DNA from: Saccharolobus solfataricus P2
GTDB taxonomy: Archaea; Thermoproteota; Thermoprotei_A; Sulfolobales; Sulfolobaceae
Reading direction: 5' to 3' (one strand)
Assembly (NCBI RefSeq): GCF_000007005.1
Contig: NC_002754.1
Length of the DNA: 64,000 nt
The notes under the pieces: model-generated
What the model was told of the DNA's origin: nothing
Database searches by the model: none
What the model saw: the letters and a program-made list of their open reading frames with translations, nothing else
Shown here: one piece after another, positions 43,783 to 54,962 of the stretch
How positions within the stretch are numbered: position 1 is the stretch's first letter
Layout: each line of letters starts with the position of its first letter
Made by a program: the position numbers and the translations under genes

Positions 43783-44042
43783 TACTGTTTCCAGAAATTT
43801 GTTATACTTTATAATTCATCAATAAGTTTCTTATAAATAGTGATAACAAGGAATCAATTAATCAAGTTGATAAGCTTTATGTATTCATTAAGGCAAATAC
43901 AATGGAATTATTTTCAATAATATTTTATAAAATAATACTAGACTATAGACTTACTAGAAGTAGTAACGCTAAACTCCGTTAAATAACTTCTCGTAAGGCT
44001 TATCTTAGCTAATCTTATTTCGAATGAAAAGTTTAATATCCT

Positions 44043-45182
44043 ATGAAGTTGGTAGTTGCGACAAATTTTGATGATTCCTTGTTAGAAGGATTAAAGAGGT
44101 ACCCGGATGTTAAATATATTTTCGGTAGTTTTAAGAGGACTATAACAGGACATGGTAGGGCTGGTTTTATTGTACCCCATATTAAGGAAGAACAATTCGA
44201 GACTCATATTAGTTTAGCGCACTCCTATGGTATAAAATTTCTTTACACAATGAATACTAACACGTTATTAGGCAAGGAATATGATACGGAATTTATTGGT
44301 AAAGTAATGAAAGAGGTTGACAAGTTAGTAAATTTCGGAGTTGATGGTTTTATAGTTGCATTGCCGTTTCTGATAAGACTTATAAGAACTGAATACCCTG
44401 ACTTGGAAGTTTCTGCGTCTTCCTTTTCTAGAATTCGGAACGTAAGGGAAGTTGAGGAGTATACGAATTTAGGCGTTAACACTATAATTATGCATGAGGA
44501 TGCAAATAGGGATTTCAAATTACTGAAAGAAGTGGCTGCATTATCAAGAGCTAATAGATTTGAAATAGAATTAATACTTAATAATTCTTGTCTTTATGGA
44601 TGTCCATTTAGACTTACACATGATAATATTTCCTCAGTCACTTCAATGGTAAACGGAGTAAATGACGTTTGGTTTGAGTACCCCGTACTGTTATGTGCAA
44701 CCGATGTTTTAAACGACCCAGCGAATTTGATAAGGAGTAGGTGGATTAGACCAGAGGATATAAAATACTATGAGGAGATAGGGATAAATAGATTTAAAAT
44801 TGCAGGTAGAAATAAAAAGACGGATTGGATATTAAGAGTAGTAAAAGCTTATGCTGAGAGGAAGTACGAAGGAGATCTCTTAGATCTCGTTAGCTATCCT
44901 CAAGGGAGAGCAGCTACTAAGGCAGTTCAGATGGTTAATGGACCTTCATCCTACTTTATACTGACTTCGGTAAGGATAGATAATACTAAGTTCCCTAAGG
45001 GATGGATAAAGTTCTTTTTCACTAACGATTGTGATACGAGAAGCTGTAAGGAATGTAAATATTGCGATATCGTAGCTGAAAGAGTAATGACTGTAAATGG
45101 AGAACCGTTTAAGAGCAGTGAATGGAGCATAAGGCAACCTTATCCGATCAATATAATACCGAAATTTAAAGAAAGAAAATAA
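44043..45182 (+). CDS. Peptidase U32-family (Fe-S) protein
   Basis: [22 protein letters not shown]-terminal [12 protein letters not shown]. Confidence 0.88.
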   Translation: MKLVVATNFDDSLLEGLKRYPDVKYIFGSFKRTITGHGRAGFIVPHIKEEQFETHISLAHSYGIKFLYTMNTNTLLGKEYDTEFIGKVMKEVDKLVNFGVDGFIVALPFLIRLIRTEYPDLEVSASSFSRIRNVREVEEYTNLGVNTIIMHEDANRDFKLLKEVAALSRANRFEIELILNNSCLYGCPFRLTHDNISSVTSMVNGVNDVWFEYPVLLCATDVLNDPANLIRSRWIRPEDIKYYEEIGINRFKIAGRNKKTDWILRVVKAYAERKYEGDLLDLVSYPQGRAATKAVQMVNGPSSYFILTSVRIDNTKFPKGWIKFFFTNDCDTRSCKECKYCDIVAERVMTVNGEPFKSSEWSIRQPYPINIIPKFKERK

Positions 45183-45236
45183 TAGTTTTTCCCTTTTAAA
45201 TAAAAAAGAACAACAATAATTAGTTATCCTCTAAGA

Positions 45237-45479
45237 TTATTTCACTCTTTTTATTAATATTCTTGTTACTCCTCCTTGTTGTTGTATATCTACTATTTGG
45301 TTTCCAGTCCTTCTAGCCCAAGCCTCAATATCTGGCTTAGCTGCTGGATCAGTAGCCAATATCTCCAAAACCTCACCAACATTTATTTGTTTAATTGCCT
45401 TAGCTGTCTCCAAAACTGGACCAGGGCAATACATACCCCTAGCATCTAACGTTTTCGCAATCCTAACCTCTTGAGACAT
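45237..45479 (-). CDS. tusA: TusA/SirA sulfur carrier
   Basis: LDARGMYCPGPV. Confidence 0.9.
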   Translation of the reverse strand: MSQEVRIAKTLDARGMYCPGPVLETAKAIKQINVGEVLEILATDPAAKPDIEAWARRTGNQIVDIQQQGGVTRILIKRVK

Positions 45480-45633
45480 AATATAGAGTACTTCTTAAGG
45501 TTTATAAAACTTGTCATATATGCAATTTTTTCCATTTTATACCTATTATCCCACTACTCAAGCTCTCCTCTGCTTTCTTTAACAAGGGAAAGACAAGTCT
45601 AGCGTTTTAACGATAGAAAAGTGTCTTATACGA

Positions 45634-45804
45634 GACGTTGTCCGATTTGAGCAAAATTAAAAACCATTATAATTACAGCATTTCAGATTACACTATTCTT
45701 CATTATATTCAGCCATAAAGAATAATATAATATGTATTAATAAGGGAAAATACAGATAATTGTACAGTTTTGCAATAAAATTTACCATAACAACAAGTAA
45801 ACAC
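45634..45804. mobile_element. ISC1212-like end fragment
   Basis: Near-identical to 49593-49765. Confidence 0.75.
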
Positions 45805-45883
45805 TAGTGCTTTCAGAAAGTTTATAGCTTTAGGCAAAGGATATACCACTAGATCATAGTCTAAGAACTTTTCCAAAATACTA
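45805..45883. mobile_element. SM1 MITE (79 bp)
   Basis: Inverted copy of 28337-28415, AC duplication. Confidence 0.85.
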
Positions 45884-45910
45884 ACGTACTCTTTCCCTGG
45901 TTGGAATGAC

Positions 45911-46495
45911 TTAAGCCTTAAGTTCTTCAACACATTTCTTCACCTTTTCGTATTCATGACTTCTCATACCATACAGTTTCCCACTGAACAAGACTAGTAT
46001 TGAGACTAAGTCTTCAACCAATTCTTCTTCCGGTGTCTTGTCCTCTTGGTTTATTACTACTATTTCACAGTTGTGTGATTTGCACACTTCCTCTAGGATT
46101 TCGAAGCCGAATCTAACAAGTCTGTCTGGGTAAGCAATAACTACGCGTGATACTTCGTTGTTTAATATCATTCTCAACAACTTCAAGAACCCCTTTCTCT
46201 TCATGTTTAACCCGGAACCTATGTCTGTGATAACTTGGTCGTATTCTTTGACTTGTTCCTCTAGGTACTTCACTTGGTTTACTAGATCGTCTTTTTGCGT
46301 GGAAGATGATACTCTGGCGTAAAGTACCACCTTTCTCCTTTTCACTATTCCCATTAATTTCTCTACGTCTTCTTCTCTGAATCTCCATTTTCCGCTCTGT
46401 AGTATAACTGGTTTTATGTATCCTTTCTTAACGTATTCTCTAAGTGTTGCATAGGATATTCCTAGTCTTTGGCATGCTTCCTTAGGTCTTAGCAT
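45911..46495 (-). CDS. tnpA: IS607-family serine recombinase TnpA (ISC1904/1913-like); tnpB cut after 16 codons
   Basis: MerR HTH, YARVSS, DIGSG, DRLVRFG. Confidence 0.92.
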   Translation of the reverse strand: MLRPKEACQRLGISYATLREYVKKGYIKPVILQSGKWRFREEDVEKLMGIVKRRKVVLYARVSSSTQKDDLVNQVKYLEEQVKEYDQVITDIGSGLNMKRKGFLKLLRMILNNEVSRVVIAYPDRLVRFGFEILEEVCKSHNCEIVVINQEDKTPEEELVEDLVSILVLFSGKLYGMRSHEYEKVKKCVEELKA

Positions 46496-46568
46496 TGTAT
46501 AAGAGTTTGTGGCAAAATAATATAAACTTTACGGTTTATCGGAAACTGTTGGCAAAGGCGTGAGGAAG

Positions 46569-47291
46569 TCAGATTGGGAATACTATTGAGAACGTATAGG
46601 TTATAGCTAATAGTGCCACAAAGAGCATATCCCTCTTTGAGCCTCTCTTACCTAAATCCTTTATTTCCTTAGTGGATTTCAACTTTTCTCCCGGTATTAG
46701 ATATCTGGTTGACGGCTCTAGTAACGTTATTAGGGTGATTGGATTCTTTAAACTTAACACTATTAGCGAAACTAATGAGATGATCCAACTTATCTGTACG
46801 ATTCTTTTATTTAGCCTTCTAAACGGTATCTTGTATTCCACGTACAATGCCCCAACAAAGATGTATAGTAACCAGTATATTGAGGGTATGAGGAATAGGA
46901 AGTTATGGACGAATAATCCCCATACTATCGATATGGATGCTTCAAACGCAGTACCTATTACGTTTCCCCACATGGTATATTTTGCAAGATATAACGTGAA
47001 TGTAAGTAACATTAGTGCTAATGGTATTAAAATGTAAATTGATTGCTCATTATACGGAAGGAACACATAGGGAATAATTGGAGGTATCATTAGTAGTATG
47101 TCCTTATATCCTATCTTTAGGGACATGACTTTTGGTTGTAAATATTCCATTATTGGTAGAGTATAAATTATTATTGGAGCAAGTATTAATGTTCTCACTA
47201 GATTAACAGTAAGGAATGGTATTAGAGCAACTACGTAAGTGAGGACTCCTAAAAAATACAGCGCGTGATTTCTAACCTTACCTCTGTTCAT
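46569..47291 (-). CDS. Polytopic membrane protein, unknown function
   Basis: Multiple hydrophobic helices; 4-bp overlap with upstream gene. Confidence 0.7.
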   Translation of the reverse strand: MNRGKVRNHALYFLGVLTYVVALIPFLTVNLVRTLILAPIIIYTLPIMEYLQPKVMSLKIGYKDILLMIPPIIPYVFLPYNEQSIYILIPLALMLLTFTLYLAKYTMWGNVIGTAFEASISIVWGLFVHNFLFLIPSIYWLLYIFVGALYVEYKIPFRRLNKRIVQISWIISLVSLIVLSLKNPITLITLLEPSTRYLIPGEKLKSTKEIKDLGKRGSKRDMLFVALLAITYTFSIVFPI

Positions 47292-48331
47292 TTAGCCATC
47301 ACCACTTGTTTAAGTGTTAGTGCGAAAAATGAGAGTATTCCAATTCCTTGTAACGGGGCAGACAATAAAAGGATTGGTATTGACAACCCAAAATCGTACA
47401 AAAACCTCATTATTAAGCCGAGGTTTACTAGGACGAAAGGAACATAAGATGGCTTAATACGTACCCTTCTTTCAAAGGCATTAACAAACAAGTCCATCAA
47501 TACTACATCTACTCCAAATACCGTGTTAAAGAGGAAACCGACTGCCAATGCGTGAATATATACGTCATAATTGAAAATGAATATTGACGCAAGTAAAAGG
47601 TATATCCACGCAGTTGTTAGGTGGAGAATTGGATATTTTCTCCCCTTAAATCTGTATAACCCAGAAGCGTGAAACGACAAGATCCAAGCTATAATCATTA
47701 AAATACTGCCATTAGGATAAACCCCCATCCCTATGACTAATAATATGAAGGCTAAAACGTTTTCCCAATGTCTAGCTATCTTTATTCCAGTAACAAGCGC
47801 TACATCCCTATCCATTACAGCCAAAATCATACTAGCTGGGAATATTAGATTTACATAAGGTATTGCATATCCTAATCCCAGTTGAAGTGCCACTATTGCA
47901 GTTGATATCATAATTGAGTAAAACAGTAGCCAGTTGTAAGTTGTAGGTTGTAAGCCTAACCTTGAAGTTCCCAAATATTCTCGTGAATAATAAAGAAGGA
48001 TTGCCATTCCTAATAAGGTAAAAATAAATCCCAACTGTTGGCTAATGAAAAGAAATGAGATTGAGGCTAAAATTATAGACAATAAATAGATTACTATTAA
48101 CTTATTATCAGCAGTTTTTCCACTCCATTCGACACTTAGAGCTACCAGTATCTCGTTTCCTATCAAGGCACCGAAGAATCCGTAAATCATTATAAACCAG
48201 TGTGCTGGAAATAGGGAGGCTGTAGGATCTAAGAAGAACCCTTGCATGTCCATGAATTCAAATACTGCCGGTATACCTCCAAGTAGTAATAATAGTATTC
48301 CAACGATCATTAGTAAAAGTGGTAATCTCAT
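47288..48331 (-). CDS. Polytopic membrane protein (possibly NnrS-like)
   Basis: About 11 TM segments; HWFIMIYGFFG..E motif. Family call tentative. Confidence 0.5.
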   Translation of the reverse strand: MRLPLLLMIVGILLLLLGGIPAVFEFMDMQGFFLDPTASLFPAHWFIMIYGFFGALIGNEILVALSVEWSGKTADNKLIVIYLLSIILASISFLFISQQLGFIFTLLGMAILLYYSREYLGTSRLGLQPTTYNWLLFYSIMISTAIVALQLGLGYAIPYVNLIFPASMILAVMDRDVALVTGIKIARHWENVLAFILLVIGMGVYPNGSILMIIAWILSFHASGLYRFKGRKYPILHLTTAWIYLLLASIFIFNYDVYIHALAVGFLFNTVFGVDVVLMDLFVNAFERRVRIKPSYVPFVLVNLGLIMRFLYDFGLSIPILLLSAPLQGIGILSFFALTLKQVVMAK

Positions 48332-48377
48332 ATGCTTTTTCCCTTAAAATAAGGATTTATATGAAGCACCTAAGGTA

Positions 48378-48818
48378 TTAGGTAATTGCGTGGCATTTCC
48401 AATCTCTTGGAGGTTCTGCTAATGCTATGTCTTCCAAGATTAGCCTAGCTTGTTCCTCATCTGATAGAGACTCTAAAAACTGATATATACTTCCCTCCTC
48501 AGCACCATCATGCTCCAAAAGTACTCTCATGAACTCGCGTATTTTCTCCCTTGCTCCTTCAATCTCATTAGATCTTAATAGCTCCTCTGTTTGTTTTAGT
48601 AGTATCCACATACTTCCATGTTCAGTCTCCAAACCTCTTATAATGGCAAGTAAAGATGTGTCTGTAACCCTTTTAAATAGAATTTCCTCTTCCCAATAAA
48701 TGTGATTTTTATATGCTTTCCATATTACGCCGTAAAGAGAAAGATTGGGATTTGCCAATAATTCATCTATTAAACCCTCAAGTCTTCTGTGGTCTAATGT
48801 TAAAACAAGTGATAGCAT
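48378..48818 (-). CDS. Hemerythrin/HHE domain protein
   Basis: DH, HIYWEEE, EH, HDGAEE. Confidence 0.85.
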   Translation of the reverse strand: MLSLVLTLDHRRLEGLIDELLANPNLSLYGVIWKAYKNHIYWEEEILFKRVTDTSLLAIIRGLETEHGSMWILLKQTEELLRSNEIEGAREKIREFMRVLLEHDGAEEGSIYQFLESLSDEEQARLILEDIALAEPPRDWKCHAIT

Positions 48819-48846
48819 ATTATCACTAATACGAGCACCCTAATTA

Positions 48847-49287
48847 TTATTTATACTGCTTATAGTAAGGTATTATCTCCACTATACCGTTTCTCTTTCC
48901 GTCTGGAAGGTAAAGGTTGTAATAGAATCCTATCTCTATGATATCCCCAATTAGAACGTAAAATTTCCTCTTCTCAATATTTTTCTTCTCATCTAATCCC
49001 AGTTGAATGTCATCAATCTTGGACACGGTTTTGCTAATTACCTTAGCTAACTCTATGGTTTGATTTACGAACTCCTTCGTTAAGTCTTTCAACATGAGTA
49101 GTTCGGGTTCCCAATAGCTTGACCCGTTTATGTAGATTATTCCACTTATTTCACTAACGTATACCATTGGATTGTCTGGAATATCAAAATAAAACATGGA
49201 ACCGCCAATGGGTAACTCAATCGTCTTAGCTATTCCTAATTTTTTCTTTGCTTCTTCCTCTTCCCTTATCTGCTGAGGGGTTATCAT
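48847..49287 (-). CDS. Hypothetical protein
   Basis: 146-aa ORF with host-like composition. Confidence 0.55.
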   Translation of the reverse strand: MITPQQIREEEEAKKKLGIAKTIELPIGGSMFYFDIPDNPMVYVSEISGIIYINGSSYWEPELLMLKDLTKEFVNQTIELAKVISKTVSKIDDIQLGLDEKKNIEKRKFYVLIGDIIEIGFYYNLYLPDGKRNGIVEIIPYYKQYK

Positions 49288-49432
49288 TTTTCTCGCTATG
49301 GTTATACTTGTTTACCATCAAAATAAGACATAGCCCTTACATTTTAGTCAAAAAATAACCAAGTCATTAAAAATACCTAAAACATTAGGTGAGTTCTATT
49401 TTAGCAGTTTACAATACAATGTAACTTGGTGA

Positions 49433-49592
<160 letters not shown>

Positions 49593-50801
49593 GACGTTGT
49601 CCGATTTGAGCAAAATTAAAAACCATTATAATTACAACATCTCAGATTATACTATTCTTCATTATATTCAGCCATAAAAAATAATATAATATATATTAAT
49701 GAGGGAAAATACAGATAATTGTACAATCTTGCAATAAAATTTGCCATAACAATAAGTAAACACGTAAACGAACCTCGTTAATTAACGAGTACCTTCGTCC
49801 TAATCCTCGTCGAAAGAATTTCGAGATCACGATAGAAGTTAAGGAAGAATACCTCCATAACCACTCCCCTTAAGGTTGTAGACGAAGCCTTACCTTCCCT
49901 AATCTCAACACCACTACCCTCAACCGGAAGCCTAGCACTACCAACACCCTTAACTAAGACGTCCTTCCTAGAAATCCAAGCCCTATCAGCCATTAACTTA
50001 ACGTTATCAAATGAAAAGGCTAGATCACTCAAATTAGCCAATCCAACCTTGAAGTCCCTAACGAAATTAGTCCTCCTTTCCACAAGATTACAGACCTTAA
50101 ACCCGAAGTAGGACTTACCGTGCTTCCTACCCCAACCCTTATACTTCCTAAAGGCTGTGAAGCTCTTGAGCTTGGAAGTAGTATAACCCATGAGGAGAAA
50201 AACGTCATTGAACCCCATCTCCTTAAGGTCAAGTGAGATCTTCTCAAGACCGTTTTGAAGACTCCTCTTTCCTGGGTAGGCTTCACGGAAGAATGTGTCA
50301 ATTATGTGGTAGTCCTCGAACCTATCGTTTTTTCTCTCCCAACTTCAAGTTCAAAGCCCTTTTCCCTATACTCGCTGATCGCCTTGTCCAAAGCCTTGTT
50401 TAACTCATCCATCAGTGTTGTTCTCATCGTCTCGCCCTCTTGAATAACTGTTTGTTGTAGTTTCTTGTAGAAGGAGAATACTGTGCTCTTTGGTGGAATT
50501 TTCCCGCCCAAGAAGTCCATAAACATCTTACTGTCCCTAATTTCTCCCTCCAAGTTATTCCAAGAGATGTCGAAAATGAGCTTGATTAGGAGGAGTTTGA
50601 GGAGTGAGATGACGTTCCACTTAGGCTTCTTGGAGTAAAGGGACTTAAGCTTACTCCTAAACGTTTCTCAAGGGAAGGATTTATCTACCTTGAGCAAGAG
50701 GTCCTTTTCAGTTGAAATTGCCTTTACCATAATATTATCTCATCCTAATTTCTTATTAATATTACTCATGAATTGCCATTTTAATCAACTTGGATAACGT
50801 C
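49593..50801 (-). mobile_element. IS5-family (ISC1212-like) element, inactivated
   Basis: 1209 bp, GACGTT(G/A)TCC TIRs; stop and frameshifts in transposase. Confidence 0.75.
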
Positions 50802-51030
50802 ACGATCGAAACGACTAATTGTGAAAATTTCTAGCCTGATTCAATTTTACTAATACTTTTCGAATAAGATGACTGCATGAGAACACTCCCTAATAAAAAG
50901 AGTTTATTTTAGCTAACTTATAATATGAAACATAGTTATTTATCATTATAAACTAAACTTTTGGTCTAAGATGACTTTTTAGGCTTTATGACAGTTAAAA
51001 AAAACTGGTTAGTACTATATACTTACTTGA

Positions 51031-51933
51031 GTGAAAATGTGGGTTGAACTAGATTTAAATCCTATACTCGATAAAGATCTTGATTTAAAGAGACAAGTTA
51101 AAGAAGAAATACAAAAGGAAAAAATAGATTCGACCATAACTATAGATCTTATACGGTCACTGAATAAAGATATACTTGATGTAAACGCTCTTGGCCTAGA
51201 AGATAGAGATTATAATTTATATATATGGTCTCTCATAGATTCATATTTTGTTACTGGAAATAATAAGTCGTATGAGCTAGTTAACGAATTGTTATCAAAG
51301 AGAAAAACATTACATTCATCTCTCTTTCAGTTAAAAGTATATGATATTACTAAAGACAAGTCAATCCTTACAAGCGTATCCGATACGATATTTAAATTAG
51401 ATGAATATTGGGGAGAGGACTTATTGGCCTTAGCTAAATTATCATATATAACGCAAGATCTCAAAATTGTTAAAAGATCTACGGAAATAATGCTAAATAA
51501 ACTAGAGGAGATAGAGAGACAAGGTGGAATAAAAAGTGAAATAGATGTGGAAATGGGTATGGGAGCACTAAAAGGGCTTTCTTTAATAAATATTAATTAT
51601 AGTAAATATCCAGACATATTAGAGAAAATTAAATATTATGATGATAAATATTTTGTCCCTATGTTTGAATTCATAGGTAATAAACCTAATATTCCAGAGT
51701 ACTTGGATTCACTTCAAGTTATTCCAATGCTAGCCTCATCTAAAGAGTTCACTGTGTTTGCTGCTACAAAAGATATAAAGTATTTGAAAGGTACTATAAA
51801 ATTATATAAATATTATCAAGAGTATTTAAATACTATAGGGATTACTAAAACCTCGTTAAGGCAAAAATTGTGGGGATTGATTGCTCTTAGCAGAATAGTA
51901 TATTTCATTGAAAAAGGAAAGATTTTAGATTAA
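51031..51933 (+). CDS. Hypothetical all-alpha protein
   Basis: 300-aa ORF; repeated ..TQD/TKD.K(Y/I)L helical hairpin-like segments. Confidence 0.6.
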   Translation: MKMWVELDLNPILDKDLDLKRQVKEEIQKEKIDSTITIDLIRSLNKDILDVNALGLEDRDYNLYIWSLIDSYFVTGNNKSYELVNELLSKRKTLHSSLFQLKVYDITKDKSILTSVSDTIFKLDEYWGEDLLALAKLSYITQDLKIVKRSTEIMLNKLEEIERQGGIKSEIDVEMGMGALKGLSLININYSKYPDILEKIKYYDDKYFVPMFEFIGNKPNIPEYLDSLQVIPMLASSKEFTVFAATKDIKYLKGTIKLYKYYQEYLNTIGITKTSLRQKLWGLIALSRIVYFIEKGKILD

Positions 51934-51949
51934 AGTACTGTAAACTAAT

Positions 51950-53074
51950 TTGGTGATACAAAAAATGAAAAGAACTGAAAGAGAAATTTATTTTTTATTG
52001 GTCTTAGTCTCAATTGCTTCATCACAACAATTTTACATTCCAGTATATTTCGAAAGAATATATGGTGATGCTGAACTGGCTTTCATACTTTTCACTATTG
52101 CAGTAGCGTTAAGAGCATTTTTAGCACCTTTCATAGCTCAAATATTAAAAAATTTTATTAAACTGAATATAATTGTAGCGTTCTCCTTCCAAAGTTTATT
52201 CTATATACTTCTATATTTAAAGATACCCATCAATTTTAAACTAGCATTTATTTTAGGTGCATTTTACGGTATAGCATCTTCCCTAATTCTATTTCTTAAT
52301 GCGGTTTACTTTTCATATTCTGAACCTACATTTAGTTCTAGATATAAAAGCGCCAACTTTTTCATATCCTCTAAATTTATCGGTTATACAATAGGAAGCA
52401 CAATATCAGCCATCATACTTTTCTTCTATAACTTAGCAGATATACTTATAATAGCTTCTATATTTTGGTTGTCTTCAATTCCGTTAGTTTTCACTCTAAA
52501 CGTAGAGAAAACAGAAGTTAAGAAGCCAAGTCTAGGGAAAGTGAAAGAGTCTCTCTTCTTGGTTCCTCTACCTCTCCTTATATCATTTGTATTTAGTATG
52601 TCATTAGCGTCTGTAGGAGGAATAATTGAACCTTTAATTTTCAACAAGATTAATGCTGGTTGGTTTAGCATATCCTTTATCTTAGCTAATATTGCAAGTT
52701 CTCTAGTTCCCATTTATTTCCCTAAAAATAAAATAAAATTATCCTTAGCATTAGGCACTTTTCTAGCAGTTATTACTGAATTTCTCTTTCCTTTAACTCC
52801 GTTCCTCTATCTTCTCATAATTTACGGAATATTATCTCAAGTAGGTAACTCGTTAGTGTGGCCAGTGGCAATAGGCAAGATAGTTTCTAAGTCTAAATTC
52901 CCAGTAGTAGAGAGTGGCGTTTTAATTACTTTAACTGATATATCGTCCTTGATCGCTGATGGTTATGTTTCCTTATCCTTCCCCCTAATTAACGTTTTAT
53001 CTCTTAGCCTATTCTCTATAATAGATTTATTTTCATGGTTACCTCTGCTGTTAAGCAAAATAGATGTCCAATAG
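51950..53074 (+). CDS. MFS transporter
   Basis: About 12 TM segments in 6+6 arrangement. Confidence 0.75.
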   Translation: MVIQKMKRTEREIYFLLVLVSIASSQQFYIPVYFERIYGDAELAFILFTIAVALRAFLAPFIAQILKNFIKLNIIVAFSFQSLFYILLYLKIPINFKLAFILGAFYGIASSLILFLNAVYFSYSEPTFSSRYKSANFFISSKFIGYTIGSTISAIILFFYNLADILIIASIFWLSSIPLVFTLNVEKTEVKKPSLGKVKESLFLVPLPLLISFVFSMSLASVGGIIEPLIFNKINAGWFSISFILANIASSLVPIYFPKNKIKLSLALGTFLAVITEFLFPLTPFLYLLIIYGILSQVGNSLVWPVAIGKIVSKSKFPVVESGVLITLTDISSLIADGYVSLSFPLINVLSLSLFSIIDLFSWLPLLLSKIDVQ

Positions 53075-53156
53075 TTAGCTAAAAATAAACTAACTGCGTC
53101 ACTATTGAGTTAAATACTCAGAGATTCATAAGTGTTGTTATAGTCTTTTTCTTAAT

Positions 53157-54629
53157 AGGCACTACATGCTCCGCCTCTAACAAACCTACTGGGACAACGA
53201 GTCCAGCACATCACCCACATCAACATCTTGAACGTTAACGTCCTTCCCCCTAGGTGCCCTAAAACTCTTCTTAACATCGCCCTTGTAAACACCATCCTTT
53301 ATAACGTGATAACAAATACAAGCAAGCTTCCCACCAAGAGCACAAGTTTAGTAGCACTCTTCCACCTGGAGACAAGCCTATCGTAATACTCCTTAAAACG
53401 TTCAGACTTCCTAGCAACCCTAGCAACCAAGAAAAAAGCCCTACGCAAATACTTATTACCCCTAATCATACCAGAGTGAGACTCGCTCCCACCACTCTGC
53501 TTAGTCCTGGGAGCAAAACCAGCATAAGCCCTAGCCTTAGAACTGGAAAAACGAGAAACATCACCGAACTCAGCGTAAATGGTTGCAGCACTAATCAAAC
53601 CAACTCCCGGCTCAACTCGACCACAGGCTGAGGAATCTTAGAAATTATCATGTCCTCAACTTCCTTAACCATAGCCTCCAAGCTCTTCAGTAAGTCTACC
53701 AGCTGCTTCAAAGCTAGCTTCTCAGCATCATTCAAACTTCTCCCTAACTTCTCCTTCAACTCGTCCCTTTCCTCCTTGCTCAGCCCTTCTCCCCTACTTA
53801 ACTTCTCCAGCAACGCCATTCCCCTCTTATCAAAGGGCTCTATCTTGTATCCCGCCATTTCTAGAAACTTCCTTATCTCGTTCTTTACTTGTGTTATCTT
53901 CCTCATCAAGCTCTCCCTATACCTCGTTAACTCCCTCAATTCCCTTATTTCCCCGGTCGGTATGTATGACCCCTTAACTGCTCCCAGGATGAAGGCTTTT
54001 GCCAGTCTTTGCGCGTCTAGCTTGTCGGTCTTCTTTCCGAATACTTCCTTCAAGTGTAAGGGATTTATTAATGTTACCTTATATCCCTTTTCTGTTAGTT
54101 CTTCGTGTAGGTAGAAGAAGTACGGTCCGGTTGACTCCATTATCCCTTCCTTATATTCGCCAAGGAATTTGATTAGTTCTTCTATTCCCTCGTTGTCGTA
54201 CTTGAATTCCCTCACCTCGTTGACCTCTACTTCCCTTTTCTCTTGCGTTATTACAAGTTCAGCTTTCGCTACCGTCAACTTGTCCCTTGAAACGTCTATT
54301 GCGAAACCCCTTGTCTTAATCTCACTTTCCATGATAGAATATTGCTCGTGTATGCGAGATATTCTTTACTATCATAATACCACGTTTTTCTCGCATAATA
54401 TTAACTACCTTCAGCCCCTAGAAAAATTTACTTGCGCACTCCTACTCGGGGTTTTGTCCCCTCTTGTTAGATCGTTCTAGGGGCTTCACAGCCAGCCTAT
54501 TATCTGGGGTTTTTATCCCCATGTTGCGACTGGGCTTATGTTGTTTTTCTCCTTCCTTGCTTATTTGTTTTTCTCTTGTAATACTTGGTTTTACTAGTTC
54601 TCTAGTTTTGCGTGAATTCCCCGTAGGAG
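53157..54629 (-). mobile_element. ISC1491-like IS110, full length, frameshifted
   Basis: 1473 bp between CT cores; ORFs 53595-54332 and 53299-53598. Confidence 0.9.
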
Positions 54630-54785
54630 TTGTAAAGAAGTAAAAAGGACTATTAACTGAGGGAATGCTAGGAATTGCTGAGTTAAGGATTTAACTGGCT
54701 ATATTTTGTATTGACAAAAGCTAATTCTCTTCGCATCTACTAAGAAAAAGACTATATAAATAAATATCATAATTAGAACTACGTT

Positions 54786-54949
54786 GGGTCATTCACGTAT
54801 CCTTTGCGAATTCAGCTTATTTAAAGAACCGTAATGAATTTAATTAAATAACATTGCACTGACTAAGTGAAGATCCACGCTCAGCTGTTTACTTTATTAG
54901 ATCCATCTTATTCATAAATTACAATTCACAAAGGAGACCTAAATCGTCC
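54786..54949. mobile_element. SM4-like MITE
   Basis: Diverged homolog of the other copies. Confidence 0.6.
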
Positions 54950-54962
54950 ACTACGTCGGTAT

